A DNA stretch of 64,000 bases from IMG/VR virus record IMGVR_UViG_3300021057_000274, positions 124,001 through 188,000 of that record, one strand, 5' to 3'. Shown here piece by piece: positions 8,370 through 17,584 of the stretch. The notes beneath the pieces are model-generated. The model saw only the letters and a program-made list of their open reading frames with translations, was not told the origin of the DNA and ran no database searches. Numbering within the stretch: position 1 is the stretch's first letter; each line of letters starts with the position of its first letter. Both the position numbers and the translations under genes were made by a program.

Positions 8370-8838
8370 GTGGCTAGTGATCGAAGACAGCCGGAAGAAC
8401 AGCGTCTTTGCGCCAGAGGGCGCAAAGGTTCCAAGGGGTTACATCCCTCGTGACGTCGCCGAGCGAGCGCTCGGTCGTGACCTGGGCGGCACGCAGTGGT
8501 TTACCGCGGAGGAGGGAGATCTGATGCGCGCTCAGCCAGAGTGGGAGAGCAGCGAGCTATCATTGCCTCTCGCTCGCGAGCCGCGTCCTGAATTGACAGC
8601 GATCGCGACTCGAACCTCCTTCTGGGAGATCTTCGGAACGGTTCTGATGTACCCCGGGGCGCTCTTGCTAGCGCTTAACGACCCGCTCATGTCGAAGTAC
8701 GCCTACCCGCTGTTCTTCTTCGGCACCGGGATCAGCGCCATCGTCGTTTACAAGCTCAAGCGCCCCTGGCTTCTCAGCCAATACGTCGTCTTCACGCTGA
8801 TCAACGTTCTCGGTCTCTACAATTGGCTCTTGCGGTAA
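8362..8838 (+). CDS. Membrane protein with PnuC-like C-terminal 3-TM region
   Basis: WEIFGT...INVLGLYNW hydrophobic pattern after a soluble N-terminal half. Confidence 0.45.
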   Translation: MREWLVIEDSRKNSVFAPEGAKVPRGYIPRDVAERALGRDLGGTQWFTAEEGDLMRAQPEWESSELSLPLAREPRPELTAIATRTSFWEIFGTVLMYPGALLLALNDPLMSKYAYPLFFFGTGISAIVVYKLKRPWLLSQYVVFTLINVLGLYNWLLR

Positions 8839-8841
8839 ATA
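8836..8841 (+). promoter_or_regulatory. Late promoter core TAAATA, 6 nt before ATG
   Basis: Direct reading. Confidence 0.65.
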
Positions 8842-8847
8842 GCATGG

Positions 8848-10059
8848 ATGAGCGCCTCGGGCTATGTTCTCTTTCGTTGCGACACCTGTTCTCGTGAGAC
8901 AGAGATCACCCACGATCCTCGCCGCCCCGATCCGGTGAGGTGCAACATCACCGCGGCATGCCGCGGAAAGCTTCAGCGGCGGGGCGGAGTCAGGAGCACA
9001 AAGAGGTTTCTCGTCACCCCGCCAGTGGTCGGGCTTGAGGACTTCGTGCCCCGCGGTACGATCTTTCCGACAGGAGCACAAACAGCGGTCACTCCGACGG
9101 TCAATCTCTTCACGTCGTCGACGGGGATCATGGTCCTCGCGATGCTCAAGCGCGAGGTGTCAGGCCCGAGCGCTAACTTCTTCGTCACCGACACTAACAG
9201 CTTGAAGTTCATCCTTGAGACGCAATCATCGTCGGTCCCGCTCCCTCTGACTAGCAAGATCAAGGTTACCCTCTTCGAGCTGACTCCAGAGATCCTGATC
9301 TATCGCAAGTACACCTATCAACGCGTCGGAGCGGTTCAGATCGTCCAGGGCAGCGATGACACCCCCGAGGGCAAGAATCTTCGCTTCACGTCAACGAACA
9401 ACGTCAAGGTCCTCGTCAACGGGATCGAGCTCGACGGCTCAGACTATGATCGATCGATCAATGACCAGATCACCTTCTCTCAGACGATTCTGACCACGAA
9501 CAACGTCATCGAAATCTTCGTCTACGATGACATCGACACGGTCATCGACGGCGCTACGAAGGTCGAGCTAACCTTTGGCCCGCTTGAGGCTGACGACAAC
9601 GACGACAAGCAAGTGCTCGCAGAGACATGCTGGGGTGATCACGGACGGGTCGAGATCAACAACACGGTCTATAACCTGCTCTACTCGACAGACATCTCGT
9701 CTCTCGTGCCGAACAAGAGCTATGGGGTCTCGAAGGTGGAGGGGATCTCGAGCACCGACACCCGTGAGCTGCTGTCGACGGACATGTATCTGCTTCTAGG
9801 CCAGTCGCCCTTCTCGTTCGCCGACAAGGATCTCTACGCGTACATCACCGGAACGTCGCTCATCACCGATGACGCGATCTTGACCTACGAGACAGGCACC
9901 GCTTCTGGCGAGCTTGAGCTCCTCGTGCCCAAGACGTCGATCACCGAGATCTTTAACCCGCTCGAGCCAAGTCAAAAGCTTGACGTCACGTCGTCAGCAC
10001 CCTCGGTCGCGACCGTCTCTGAGACGGTCGAGCGCCGCTACATCATCGGACCTACATGA
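8848..10059 (+). CDS. Probable virion structural protein (403 aa) with N-terminal Cys cluster
   Basis: Late promoter; CDTC..C..C; beta-rich T/S/D composition. Confidence 0.6.
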   Translation: MSASGYVLFRCDTCSRETEITHDPRRPDPVRCNITAACRGKLQRRGGVRSTKRFLVTPPVVGLEDFVPRGTIFPTGAQTAVTPTVNLFTSSTGIMVLAMLKREVSGPSANFFVTDTNSLKFILETQSSSVPLPLTSKIKVTLFELTPEILIYRKYTYQRVGAVQIVQGSDDTPEGKNLRFTSTNNVKVLVNGIELDGSDYDRSINDQITFSQTILTTNNVIEIFVYDDIDTVIDGATKVELTFGPLEADDNDDKQVLAETCWGDHGRVEINNTVYNLLYSTDISSLVPNKSYGVSKVEGISSTDTRELLSTDMYLLLGQSPFSFADKDLYAYITGTSLITDDAILTYETGTASGELELLVPKTSITEIFNPLEPSQKLDVTSSAPSVATVSETVERRYIIGPT

Positions 10060-10562
10060 GCCGAAACTACTACTACGTTCTCACCTACAACATCTCGAAC
10101 AAGGTCGTTCGAGCGATGCTCGACCGCTGCCACCTGTTAGAGTCACAGGTGACGATGGTCGACTTCAAGATTCGTTCACGATTCTTTCCGTCGTTCGCCG
10201 AGGCGACTAGCATCGCCAATGATGACTTCCTCAAGAAGCTTCGGCTGATCTATCCCGACCAGGCCTCCAAGGGAGCTCCAGAGGATCTCATCCGCAACGT
10301 CAAGTCGTTCTCGATCTACAACCCGAAGTTTCACGCGGGCGACGAGTCGGTGCAGCAGCTCCTCGAGCAGTTCAACGGGGACTTTGGCCCGTGGGATGAC
10401 GCGTGCGTCGGCTCTCTCTTCTTCTGTGAGATGCCCTCCGAGAACCAGCTGCCTGACACGTGGATGTTCAAGTACGAGATCTACGCCGTCGACCTCGCGA
10501 TCGAGAGCGCGATCAACGGGGAGCAGATCTTCCGCCCGACCGCGTCGTACGAGTTTCACTAA
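10056..10562 (+). CDS. Hypothetical protein (168 aa)
   Basis: ATGA coupling. Confidence 0.65.
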   Translation: MSRNYYYVLTYNISNKVVRAMLDRCHLLESQVTMVDFKIRSRFFPSFAEATSIANDDFLKKLRLIYPDQASKGAPEDLIRNVKSFSIYNPKFHAGDESVQQLLEQFNGDFGPWDDACVGSLFFCEMPSENQLPDTWMFKYEIYAVDLAIESAINGEQIFRPTASYEFH

Positions 10563-10637
10563 AATTCTCGATTAGCTACACCGAGGATACAATGTCCTCC
10601 TATCGCCGCCAAGCAAGGCAGCGTCTCAAGGACATCC

Positions 10638-10949
10638 ATGAACGATCAGAAGAAGCCGTCGAAGGTCGAGTTTTCTCTCGAGACGATTCGTAACAACTCC
10701 GTCACCCGGAAGCAGCTTGAGGGATTCGTCGACGAGGTCGTGCTCTGCATGCAGAAGATCAAGTCGGAGCAGGAAGCCATCAAGGACATTCGCACCGAGG
10801 CGAAGGAGCAGCTCGGGATCCCAGGCAAGGTTCTCGGCCGTCTCGTCCGAGAGCGGATGCAAGCAGGCTCGATCGAGGCCGAGATCGCCGAGCTCGAGGA
10901 AGCCCAAGCCCTCGCCGACGTGATTGAGGGCAGCAGCAATCAACCGTAA
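10638..10949 (+). CDS. dsDNA-binding protein, T4 DsbA / GapR (DUF2312)-like
   Basis: QLEGFVDEV...EQEAIKDIRTEAKEQLGIPGKVLGRLVR pattern. Confidence 0.7.
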   Translation: MNDQKKPSKVEFSLETIRNNSVTRKQLEGFVDEVVLCMQKIKSEQEAIKDIRTEAKEQLGIPGKVLGRLVRERMQAGSIEAEIAELEEAQALADVIEGSSNQP

Positions 10950-10973
10950 CTCCTCAGGACAAAACTAAACTAC

Positions 10974-11234
10974 ATGAGATCAGACATCGCAGTCACCATC
11001 CCCCGCAATCACCGGAAGGGCTGGACAAACTACCAAGACCGCCGCCTTCTCGAGCTCTTCGAGAACGGAGAGCCAGCTAGCCGCATCGCCGATCGGCTGG
11101 GGCGCACCAAGATCGCCGTGCTCTCCCGCCTCTGCCGTCCGTTCGGCATGTTGTGGCGCGACCAGTACACCGGCGTCTACTACAACGGACGTACCGCGTA
11201 CTACGACCCCAACGTCGGCCGGATGGTGCGGTAA
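10974..11234 (+). CDS. Small HTH protein (GcrA N-terminal / Myb-like), paralog of 4806
   Basis: WTNYQDRRLLELFENG...IADRLGRTKIAV. Confidence 0.55.
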   Translation: MRSDIAVTIPRNHRKGWTNYQDRRLLELFENGEPASRIADRLGRTKIAVLSRLCRPFGMLWRDQYTGVYYNGRTAYYDPNVGRMVR

Positions 11235-11236
11235 GT

Positions 11237-11548
11237 TTGCTTCCGCAAGTTCCCCTCGAGTCGGTCAGGGTCATCGACGACGTTCAAGAGTCGCTTTTAT
11301 ACTGGAGAAGCCAAGAGCGCGCTAATTGCGTGCTTCGAGACTTCACCGCGGGTTACACGCGGTACTTCGGTTGCGGGCATCACCTGTACGTCTTCGTCGC
11401 TGGGTCTCATCGTTCTGACCAGATAATCGACATTCTGCGGCTTGATTGTTACCTTGAGGTGATGCACGGTCTTATCCAGCAACTCACCGAGGATGTAGCG
11501 GTCATGCTCGTTGACGCCGAGTTCGGCAGAATCAGCATCTGGCAATGA
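11237..11548 (+). CDS. Hypothetical protein
   Basis: Fills the gap and couples (ATGA) to the polymerase; TTG start inferred. Confidence 0.5.
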   Translation: MLPQVPLESVRVIDDVQESLLYWRSQERANCVLRDFTAGYTRYFGCGHHLYVFVAGSHRSDQIIDILRLDCYLEVMHGLIQQLTEDVAVMLVDAEFGRISIWQ

Positions 11549-14271
11549 CCTTCATCGCGTCACACCATGACCGCCGGAACGATCGTGTTCTGGTCTGGGA
11601 GAAGACGGAATCAGGGAAACGCATCGTGCGAGAGTACGACGCGCCCTATTACTTTTTTGCTCCAGACAAGGACGGCACCTACGAGGCGATCACCGGGGAG
11701 AGGCTGAAGCGGGTCGATTGTCGCAACAAGCGCGACTTCGAGGAGGAGGTCCTTCGCTATCCTCGCCGCTTTGAGAGCGACCTTCATCCGCTCGAGAAGG
11801 TGATGATGGATAACTACTGCGGCAAGAAGGTGCCGCAGCTGACGATCGGCTTCGTCGACATCGAGGTAAACTATGACCCGAAGATCGGGTTCGCTAGCCC
11901 CGAGAACCCGTACGCTCCGATCAACGCTCTCACGCTCTACCGCAGCGACATCAATGACTACTTCACTCTAGCGGTCGCTCCGCCCGGCTTCACCGGTCGC
12001 CTCCCTGAGGAGATGGAGGCGACGCAATACTTCCTCCTCGACAGCGAGGCGACTCTGCTCAGCTACTTCCTGGACCTCCTCGAGGAGGTTGACGTCGTCT
12101 CGGGGTGGAACTCAGAGTTCTACGATCTCCCGTACATCGGGAAGCGGGTCGAGATGATCTTTGGGCCGAACGGCTTAAAGCGGATGGCCTTCGAGCGCGG
12201 GCAAACGCCGCGCTGGGGTGAGCGTGAACGTTTCAAGAACTCGTCGGCGAAGGACATCGTCCTCATCCTAGACAGCCGAGTCCACCTGGACTACATGCTT
12301 CTGTTTAAGAAGTTCAACCTGGAGGGGAGACCCTCCTTCGCTCTCGCGGCGATCGCCGAGGCCGAGCTCGAGATCGACAAGTTGAAATATGAGGGTACCC
12401 TCAGAGAGCTGTACCACGACAACTTCGTCAAGTTTCTCGAGTACAACCGCCGAGACACCGAGATCCTCGTCAAGCTCAACGAGAAGTTCAAGTACATCGA
12501 GTTAGCCAACGCGATGGTCCACGAGGCGACGGTCAACTTCAACGCGATCTTCGGCTCGGTGCAGCTGATCGACACGGCGATCATGAACTACGCCCACTCG
12601 AAGAAGAACAAGATCCTCTTCGATCGAAAGGGCGGTGAAAAGAAGCAGGTCGAGGGCGCGCTCGTGATGACGCCCAAGCCCGGGCTCAAGCGGTGGATCG
12701 GGATCTGTGACATCAACTCGCTCTACCCGAGTACCTACCGGTCACTCAACCTCTCGCCCGAGAAGATCGTCGCACAGCTGCTCGGCCAGGAGGAGGACTG
12801 GAAGCGCGTTCACCTCGCGCGCAAGTTTCCGAACAACGACATGTATAAGCTCCACCAAGTCAACATGCTCCTCGAGGGTGAGTCGGATCCGGTCAACGTG
12901 ACGGTCGGAGAGCTGATCGAGATGCTCGAGCGCGAGAAGCTGGCGATCTCGGCGCACGGCACGATCCTCGACCAGGGTCACGGCGAGGGCCTCCTCCCCG
13001 AGGTTCTCTCCTACTGGTTCCTGGGACGGAAGGAGATGCAGGCCAAGAAGAAGGAGTATCTCCGCCTAGCCGACGAGCTCGCTGAGAAGCACGGGGACAA
13101 GAACCATTCTGAGGTGATCGAGGCCAAGAAGCAGGCAGATTACTATGACATGCTCCAGGGCGTGCGCAAGGTGCTGCTCAACTCGGCCTACGGCGCGACC
13201 CTCAACCCGTACTGCCGATTTTATGACCAGCGGCTCGGATCATCAACGACCGACACCGGGCGTTACATCACCACCCACATGATCGAGACGATCGCTGAGA
13301 TTCTCCTCGGAGCCAATCACCCGAGAGTCAAGAAGATCGTTGAGATCAACAAGAAGACGGGTGAGGCCGAAAACAAGTACACGATCGAGTCCCCGGACGG
13401 CCTTGGTCCGTTCTACTCCGACACCGACTCGTGTCACTTCACCGTCGCCGACCTGGTCAATAATCTAGAGGAAGCGATCCCCGCGATCGACGCGATCGTC
13501 GACCAGGTCAACGCCAGCTTTCAACCGTTCATGATCGAAGCCTTCATGTGTCAGCCAGAGTTTTCTGACAAGATCAGAGCGGTGCGAGAGATGGTGAACG
13601 AGACCGGAATCTTTCGCGCCAAGAAGAAGTACCTCTACTTCGTCAAGGACAAGGAGGGGAGACTCATCGATCCGGATGACGAGAAGGCGCTCTACACCAA
13701 GGGCAGCGACATCGCCTTGTCGTCGACCCCAGCCGTCGTCAAAGAGTTTCTCAAGACCACGACGATGATGGTGTTGAAGTCTGAGCCAAAGACCAAGATC
13801 GACGAGCTGATCCTCGAGTTTCGCAAGAAGATCAAGAGCGACCCGAACTTCAACGTCCTTGACTTCGCGACGATCACGTCGGTCAAGTCCCTCGATGAAT
13901 ACGTGCTCAAGTGGGAGCGGATCGAAAAGCCCGGGCTAGGACGCGTCAACATGCCAGCCGCTCCGAGGGGCGTCATCAATCACAACACTTGCCTCGAGCT
14001 CTTCGACGACAAGCTGACCCTTCCGATCATGTCTGGGCAAAAGATCAAGATGGTTTGGCTCAAGGAGAACGCTTACGGGTACACCAACATGGCGTTCTCG
14101 TCAGATCTCGATCAGCTCCCCGAGTGGTTCTTCAAGAACTTCGAGATCGACGTCGAGGCGACCGAGACCAAGATGATCGACAACACCATCAAGAAGATCT
14201 TCGACCCGCTCGGGTGGCAGGTACCGACGCCGCAGTCGGTCGCGGTTCAGCGATTGCTGAGCTTCGATTGA
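11545..14271 (+). CDS. gp43: Family B DNA polymerase (T4 gp43-like), no intein
   Basis: Exonuclease motifs DIEV, GWNSEFYD, YNRRD; polymerase motifs DINSLYPS, KVLLNSAYG, YSDTDS, KKKY. Confidence 0.97.
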   Translation: MTFIASHHDRRNDRVLVWEKTESGKRIVREYDAPYYFFAPDKDGTYEAITGERLKRVDCRNKRDFEEEVLRYPRRFESDLHPLEKVMMDNYCGKKVPQLTIGFVDIEVNYDPKIGFASPENPYAPINALTLYRSDINDYFTLAVAPPGFTGRLPEEMEATQYFLLDSEATLLSYFLDLLEEVDVVSGWNSEFYDLPYIGKRVEMIFGPNGLKRMAFERGQTPRWGERERFKNSSAKDIVLILDSRVHLDYMLLFKKFNLEGRPSFALAAIAEAELEIDKLKYEGTLRELYHDNFVKFLEYNRRDTEILVKLNEKFKYIELANAMVHEATVNFNAIFGSVQLIDTAIMNYAHSKKNKILFDRKGGEKKQVEGALVMTPKPGLKRWIGICDINSLYPSTYRSLNLSPEKIVAQLLGQEEDWKRVHLARKFPNNDMYKLHQVNMLLEGESDPVNVTVGELIEMLEREKLAISAHGTILDQGHGEGLLPEVLSYWFLGRKEMQAKKKEYLRLADELAEKHGDKNHSEVIEAKKQADYYDMLQGVRKVLLNSAYGATLNPYCRFYDQRLGSSTTDTGRYITTHMIETIAEILLGANHPRVKKIVEINKKTGEAENKYTIESPDGLGPFYSDTDSCHFTVADLVNNLEEAIPAIDAIVDQVNASFQPFMIEAFMCQPEFSDKIRAVREMVNETGIFRAKKKYLYFVKDKEGRLIDPDDEKALYTKGSDIALSSTPAVVKEFLKTTTMMVLKSEPKTKIDELILEFRKKIKSDPNFNVLDFATITSVKSLDEYVLKWERIEKPGLGRVNMPAAPRGVINHNTCLELFDDKLTLPIMSGQKIKMVWLKENAYGYTNMAFSSDLDQLPEWFFKNFEIDVEATETKMIDNTIKKIFDPLGWQVPTPQSVAVQRLLSFD

Positions 14272-14480
14272 TGGCTAATCTCATGAGATCAGAAAAATCA
14301 AGCCAAGAGCTCTCCGAGGAGCTCTCCGAGATAACCCAGCGCGAGATCAGCAAGGAGCAGGCCTTCGAGATCATCTCTCGTGCCTTCTATCCTCGAATCA
14401 TCGATCTGGTGAGAATCTTCTACCCTAACTTGATCGCTCAGCAGATCGTCGGGTGCAGCCGATGGAGCTCATCCACCTGA
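14271..14480 (+). CDS. Small protein carrying a T4 gp23 major-capsid N-terminal motif; motif continues in the -1 frame
   Basis: PRIIDLVRIFYPNLIAQQIVG, then VQPM in the -1 frame at 14453. Confidence 0.6.
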   Translation: MANLMRSEKSSQELSEELSEITQREISKEQAFEIISRAFYPRIIDLVRIFYPNLIAQQIVGCSRWSSST

Positions 14481-14507
14481 AAATTCCGATTCTAGAAAAG
14501 ATCAACT

Positions 14508-14756
14508 ATGACTTGCCAGAGAAAAAAGTTGAAGAGACTCATCGAGAAGCTAGTAAGCCTAGCTCACCTCTCTTGGGTGACCGATTGCCGGGCTTTCTAC
14601 GGCCGACAGAAACCTATTCCACCACGCTACGCCCCGGGAGGGATGATCTCTCGCCTCTCTCAGGAAGAGCGAGACTTGCTGATGACGGCGACGCCTGAGG
14701 ACTTCTCTGGCTTGCGCCACGACTTCGTTCGTCCAGATCTAAGGAGAGCACGATGA
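14508..14756 (+). CDS. Hypothetical protein (82 aa)
   Basis: ATGA coupling to the next gene. Confidence 0.45.
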   Translation: MTCQRKKLKRLIEKLVSLAHLSWVTDCRAFYGRQKPIPPRYAPGGMISRLSQEERDLLMTATPEDFSGLRHDFVRPDLRRAR

Positions 14757-14977
14757 AAAAGAAGGTGACATTCAAGTGCACGCCCGAGTTTCTCAGAGAC
14801 GTGCTCGGGCTGACGGGCTTTGAGTTTCTACCAGAGATCAGCGTAGACCCCCAGACTCACATGTTTCAGTTCACGCTCGCTACCGACGTCAACCTTGACT
14901 GTGAAGCGATCAAGCTCCAGTATGAGGGACCCTTCTGGCGAGATCGCCCTCTACCCAAGGTCATCCCGATCAAGTGA
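14753..14977 (+). CDS. Hypothetical protein (74 aa)
   Basis: SD AAGGAG; coupled at both ends. Confidence 0.65.
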   Translation: MKKKVTFKCTPEFLRDVLGLTGFEFLPEISVDPQTHMFQFTLATDVNLDCEAIKLQYEGPFWRDRPLPKVIPIK

Positions 14978-15615
14978 CCTTCAAGTACCGCCCGGAGTTC
15001 TTCGACCCGCGAGACATCGACGACGCCAAGAACATCATCCTCGGCTTCGACGACCTGGACCTGGCCAAGCGTTGGGAGCTTGAGACAGAGTGGCTCCGCG
15101 GGCTCTTCAAGGAGCTCAACACCTTTAGCCCTGACTCGAGAGTGCTCGACTTCGGCTGTGGGATCGGCCGGGTGACAAAGGTGCTGATCGAGGTCTTCGG
15201 TTGCAAGGTCTATGGGTATGACATCAGCCCACGGATGCTCGAGCACGCGGTGCCCTACGTCAACGACGCTCGCTTTCACCCGTCGTACGTCTCCCCCTTC
15301 TACCGCAAGAACGCGTTCACTCACGCGATCTCGATCTGGGCGCTCCAGCATAGCGTAAACAGCACGGCCGACATCATCATGATCTCGGAGTGCCTCAAGC
15401 CCGGCGGAGACCTGTTCGTCCTCGAGATGAACCGCAAGTGCGTGCCGATGCAGCCTCTTCCTAGCGGGCAGGCGTACTTTGATAACGGCGAGGACAACCG
15501 ACGCGAGCTCTTCAAGAGGTTCAACGTCGTACGCGAGGGAAAGCTTCCGCTCGGGGTTGCTCGTCAGGACATCGTTGACGCTAGCTGGTGGGCCCTCTTG
15601 AGAAAGAAGACATGA
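14974..15615 (+). CDS. Class I SAM-dependent methyltransferase
   Basis: VLDFGCGIGR, GYDISPRML, LKPGG motifs. Confidence 0.9.
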   Translation: MTFKYRPEFFDPRDIDDAKNIILGFDDLDLAKRWELETEWLRGLFKELNTFSPDSRVLDFGCGIGRVTKVLIEVFGCKVYGYDISPRMLEHAVPYVNDARFHPSYVSPFYRKNAFTHAISIWALQHSVNSTADIIMISECLKPGGDLFVLEMNRKCVPMQPLPSGQAYFDNGEDNRRELFKRFNVVREGKLPLGVARQDIVDASWWALLRKKT

Positions 15616-16073
15616 AAAAGTTAGATCGCGATGACCTCTACGCGTCAGGTTACGTTCTCGGGTTCTACTTCTCTCCCAACGACGCCCGGCTAGTGATGAT
15701 CAAGAAGAAGCGACCCAAGCAACAGGCCAACAAGCTCAACGGTGTCGGAGGGAGAATCAAGGCTGGCGAGAGCCACCTCTCGGCCATGATCCGAGAGTTC
15801 GAGGAGGAGACCGGCGTCCGCGAGGAGACTTGGCGATACCACGGCGTCTACTCGCCTCTCCGCTCTAGGGACGTTTACATCCACGTCTTTTACGGCGTCG
15901 GAGACGTCACGAGATGCCGAACGATGACCGACGAGGAGGTCGTGATCATCGACCTCCAGAGAGAGCTAGGTGACGTCGTGCTAGTTTCCGGCGCTCCTGA
16001 GTGGATCTTCGAGTGCCGCTGTGAACTGGGAAAATATCCTCTCCGAAAGCCAGAAGTTAGAATCATCACCTAA
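15612..16073 (+). CDS. Nudix hydrolase
   Basis: Nudix box GGRIKAGESHLSAMIREFEEETGV. Confidence 0.92.
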   Translation: MKKLDRDDLYASGYVLGFYFSPNDARLVMIKKKRPKQQANKLNGVGGRIKAGESHLSAMIREFEEETGVREETWRYHGVYSPLRSRDVYIHVFYGVGDVTRCRTMTDEEVVIIDLQRELGDVVLVSGAPEWIFECRCELGKYPLRKPEVRIIT

Positions 16074-16095
16074 CCGTAGACTCACAGGGAACATC

Positions 16096-16827
16096 TTGAA
16101 GCTCAATACGAATTCGATTTATCTGTTAGATCAGCTAGTGCAAACCGCGATGGTGGCAGGTCTCACTAAGCTGATCATCGAGAAGGACAAGATCCGTGGG
16201 ATCGACGCCAAGCAAACCGTCGCGTTAGTCTCGACGACGAACGTGCCAGATCTCGACGGAAAGCAAGCTGGCGTCACTCGTCTGAGCGAGCTCGCGGCGC
16301 GCATCTCCCTCGTCAAGTCTCAAGGTGACCTCTCGGTCGACGTCGTCGCCTCGACGGGAAATCCCAACGATGTCGCCGTCCTCGAGTTGAGCGCGGGCAA
16401 GACTCGAGCTCAGTACCGCTGCGCCGCGCTCGACGTAGTCAAGGCCGTGCCGAAGAACATCGCTGACACCCTCGTCTGGGAGATCAAGGTTGATTCCAAG
16501 CTGATCCAGGTGCTTGGTCAAGGAGTCTCGGCGATGGGAGCTGACTACGTCACGATCGCGTCCCCAGACGGCAACGTCGTCAAGGCGGAGTGCGTCGACG
16601 CTACCAAGGACGTCTTCTCGACTAACTTCGAAGATGCTCCAGTCTGGATCGGGGCAGGAGCGAAGGCATCCTCCTTCGTGCAGACCTATCCAGCGAAGAC
16701 GTTGCTCGCTCTCCTCAAGGAGACGAACAAGACCTCCAACCCGGTCTCGATGAAGTTGGGAGAGGGCGGCATCCTGTCGTTCAAGGTCAACGGATTCGAT
16801 CTCTTCGTCATCCCCAAGCAAGGGTAA
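16096..16827 (+). CDS. Putative sliding clamp / polymerase processivity factor (gp45-like)
   Basis: About 243 aa from inferred TTG start (SD AGGGA); clamp-like alpha/beta pattern; between polymerase and RNase H. Confidence 0.55.
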   Translation: MKLNTNSIYLLDQLVQTAMVAGLTKLIIEKDKIRGIDAKQTVALVSTTNVPDLDGKQAGVTRLSELAARISLVKSQGDLSVDVVASTGNPNDVAVLELSAGKTRAQYRCAALDVVKAVPKNIADTLVWEIKVDSKLIQVLGQGVSAMGADYVTIASPDGNVVKAECVDATKDVFSTNFEDAPVWIGAGAKASSFVQTYPAKTLLALLKETNKTSNPVSMKLGEGGILSFKVNGFDLFVIPKQG

Positions 16828-16829
16828 CC

Positions 16830-17045
16830 ATGAAAAATCTCCAGAAGGGCGAAACCTCTAGCGGTGGCATCGGCGTTCTCGGACTCCTCGGAGTAGCTTT
16901 CGTCATTCTCAAGATCGTTGACGTCAAGCCGATCGGCGACTGGTCATGGTGGTGGGTAACCTCACCCTTCTGGGGCGGCTTTCTTCTCGCCGCGGTCATC
17001 ATCGGGATCCTCCTGGTAGCTTCTGCGATGACCGGGAGACGCTAG
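16830..17045 (+). CDS. Small membrane protein
   Basis: GIGVLGLLG...WSWWWVTSPFW with two transmembrane segments. Confidence 0.7.
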   Translation: MKNLQKGETSSGGIGVLGLLGVAFVILKIVDVKPIGDWSWWWVTSPFWGGFLLAAVIIGILLVASAMTGRR

Positions 17046-17584
17046 TGGGCCTTCTCTCCAACCTCTGGCACAAATATCTCTGGGGCAAGGCTAAGCCCTG
17101 GGCCGACTTTCAGTATGACGCTCAGACCTCTAAGCTAGTCATCAAGAATTACAATGAAGCTTTCGTGCAAAAGCTCCGCAACGACCTAGGCACGGTCGCC
17201 GAGGGGAAGCCGGACGAGAAGGTAGTTCAGCTCTACGGCGACCGTGAGACGCTCGAGCACGAGGAGCCCAAGCTCGAGGTTCTTCACATGGGCGTCGACG
17301 AGAACGGCCACGTCAAGATGAAGCTCGACTGGAACAAGGCCTTCATCGATCACATCGCCAAGCATGGCTTTGCGTCTGAGAGCGAGGAGGAGTCAGTTCA
17401 AGCCTATCTCGCTAGCTTGACCATCGACGTCGCGGAAGAACAGGGTCTTCAAGCCCGCGCCCCGACGCTCGATGGTCTTCGTGAGGCCTTCCAGGAGATC
17501 GAGAAGACCGCCGCCGAGGAGCTGAGAGAGGCCGCGGACCAGGTCAAGAAGAGGCCGCGGCGGCGCGTTCAGAGGTCAGGGTGA
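17045..17584 (+). CDS. Hypothetical protein (~179 aa)
   Basis: TAGTG coupling; acidic, with a basic tail. Confidence 0.65.
   Translation: MGLLSNLWHKYLWGKAKPWADFQYDAQTSKLVIKNYNEAFVQKLRNDLGTVAEGKPDEKVVQLYGDRETLEHEEPKLEVLHMGVDENGHVKMKLDWNKAFIDHIAKHGFASESEEESVQAYLASLTIDVAEEQGLQARAPTLDGLREAFQEIEKTAAEELREAADQVKKRPRRRVQRSG

Noticed and set aside
13408-13432. YSDTDS instead of YGDTDS in the polymerase
   Set aside because: Both catalytic Asp residues are kept and this position varies among family B polymerases.
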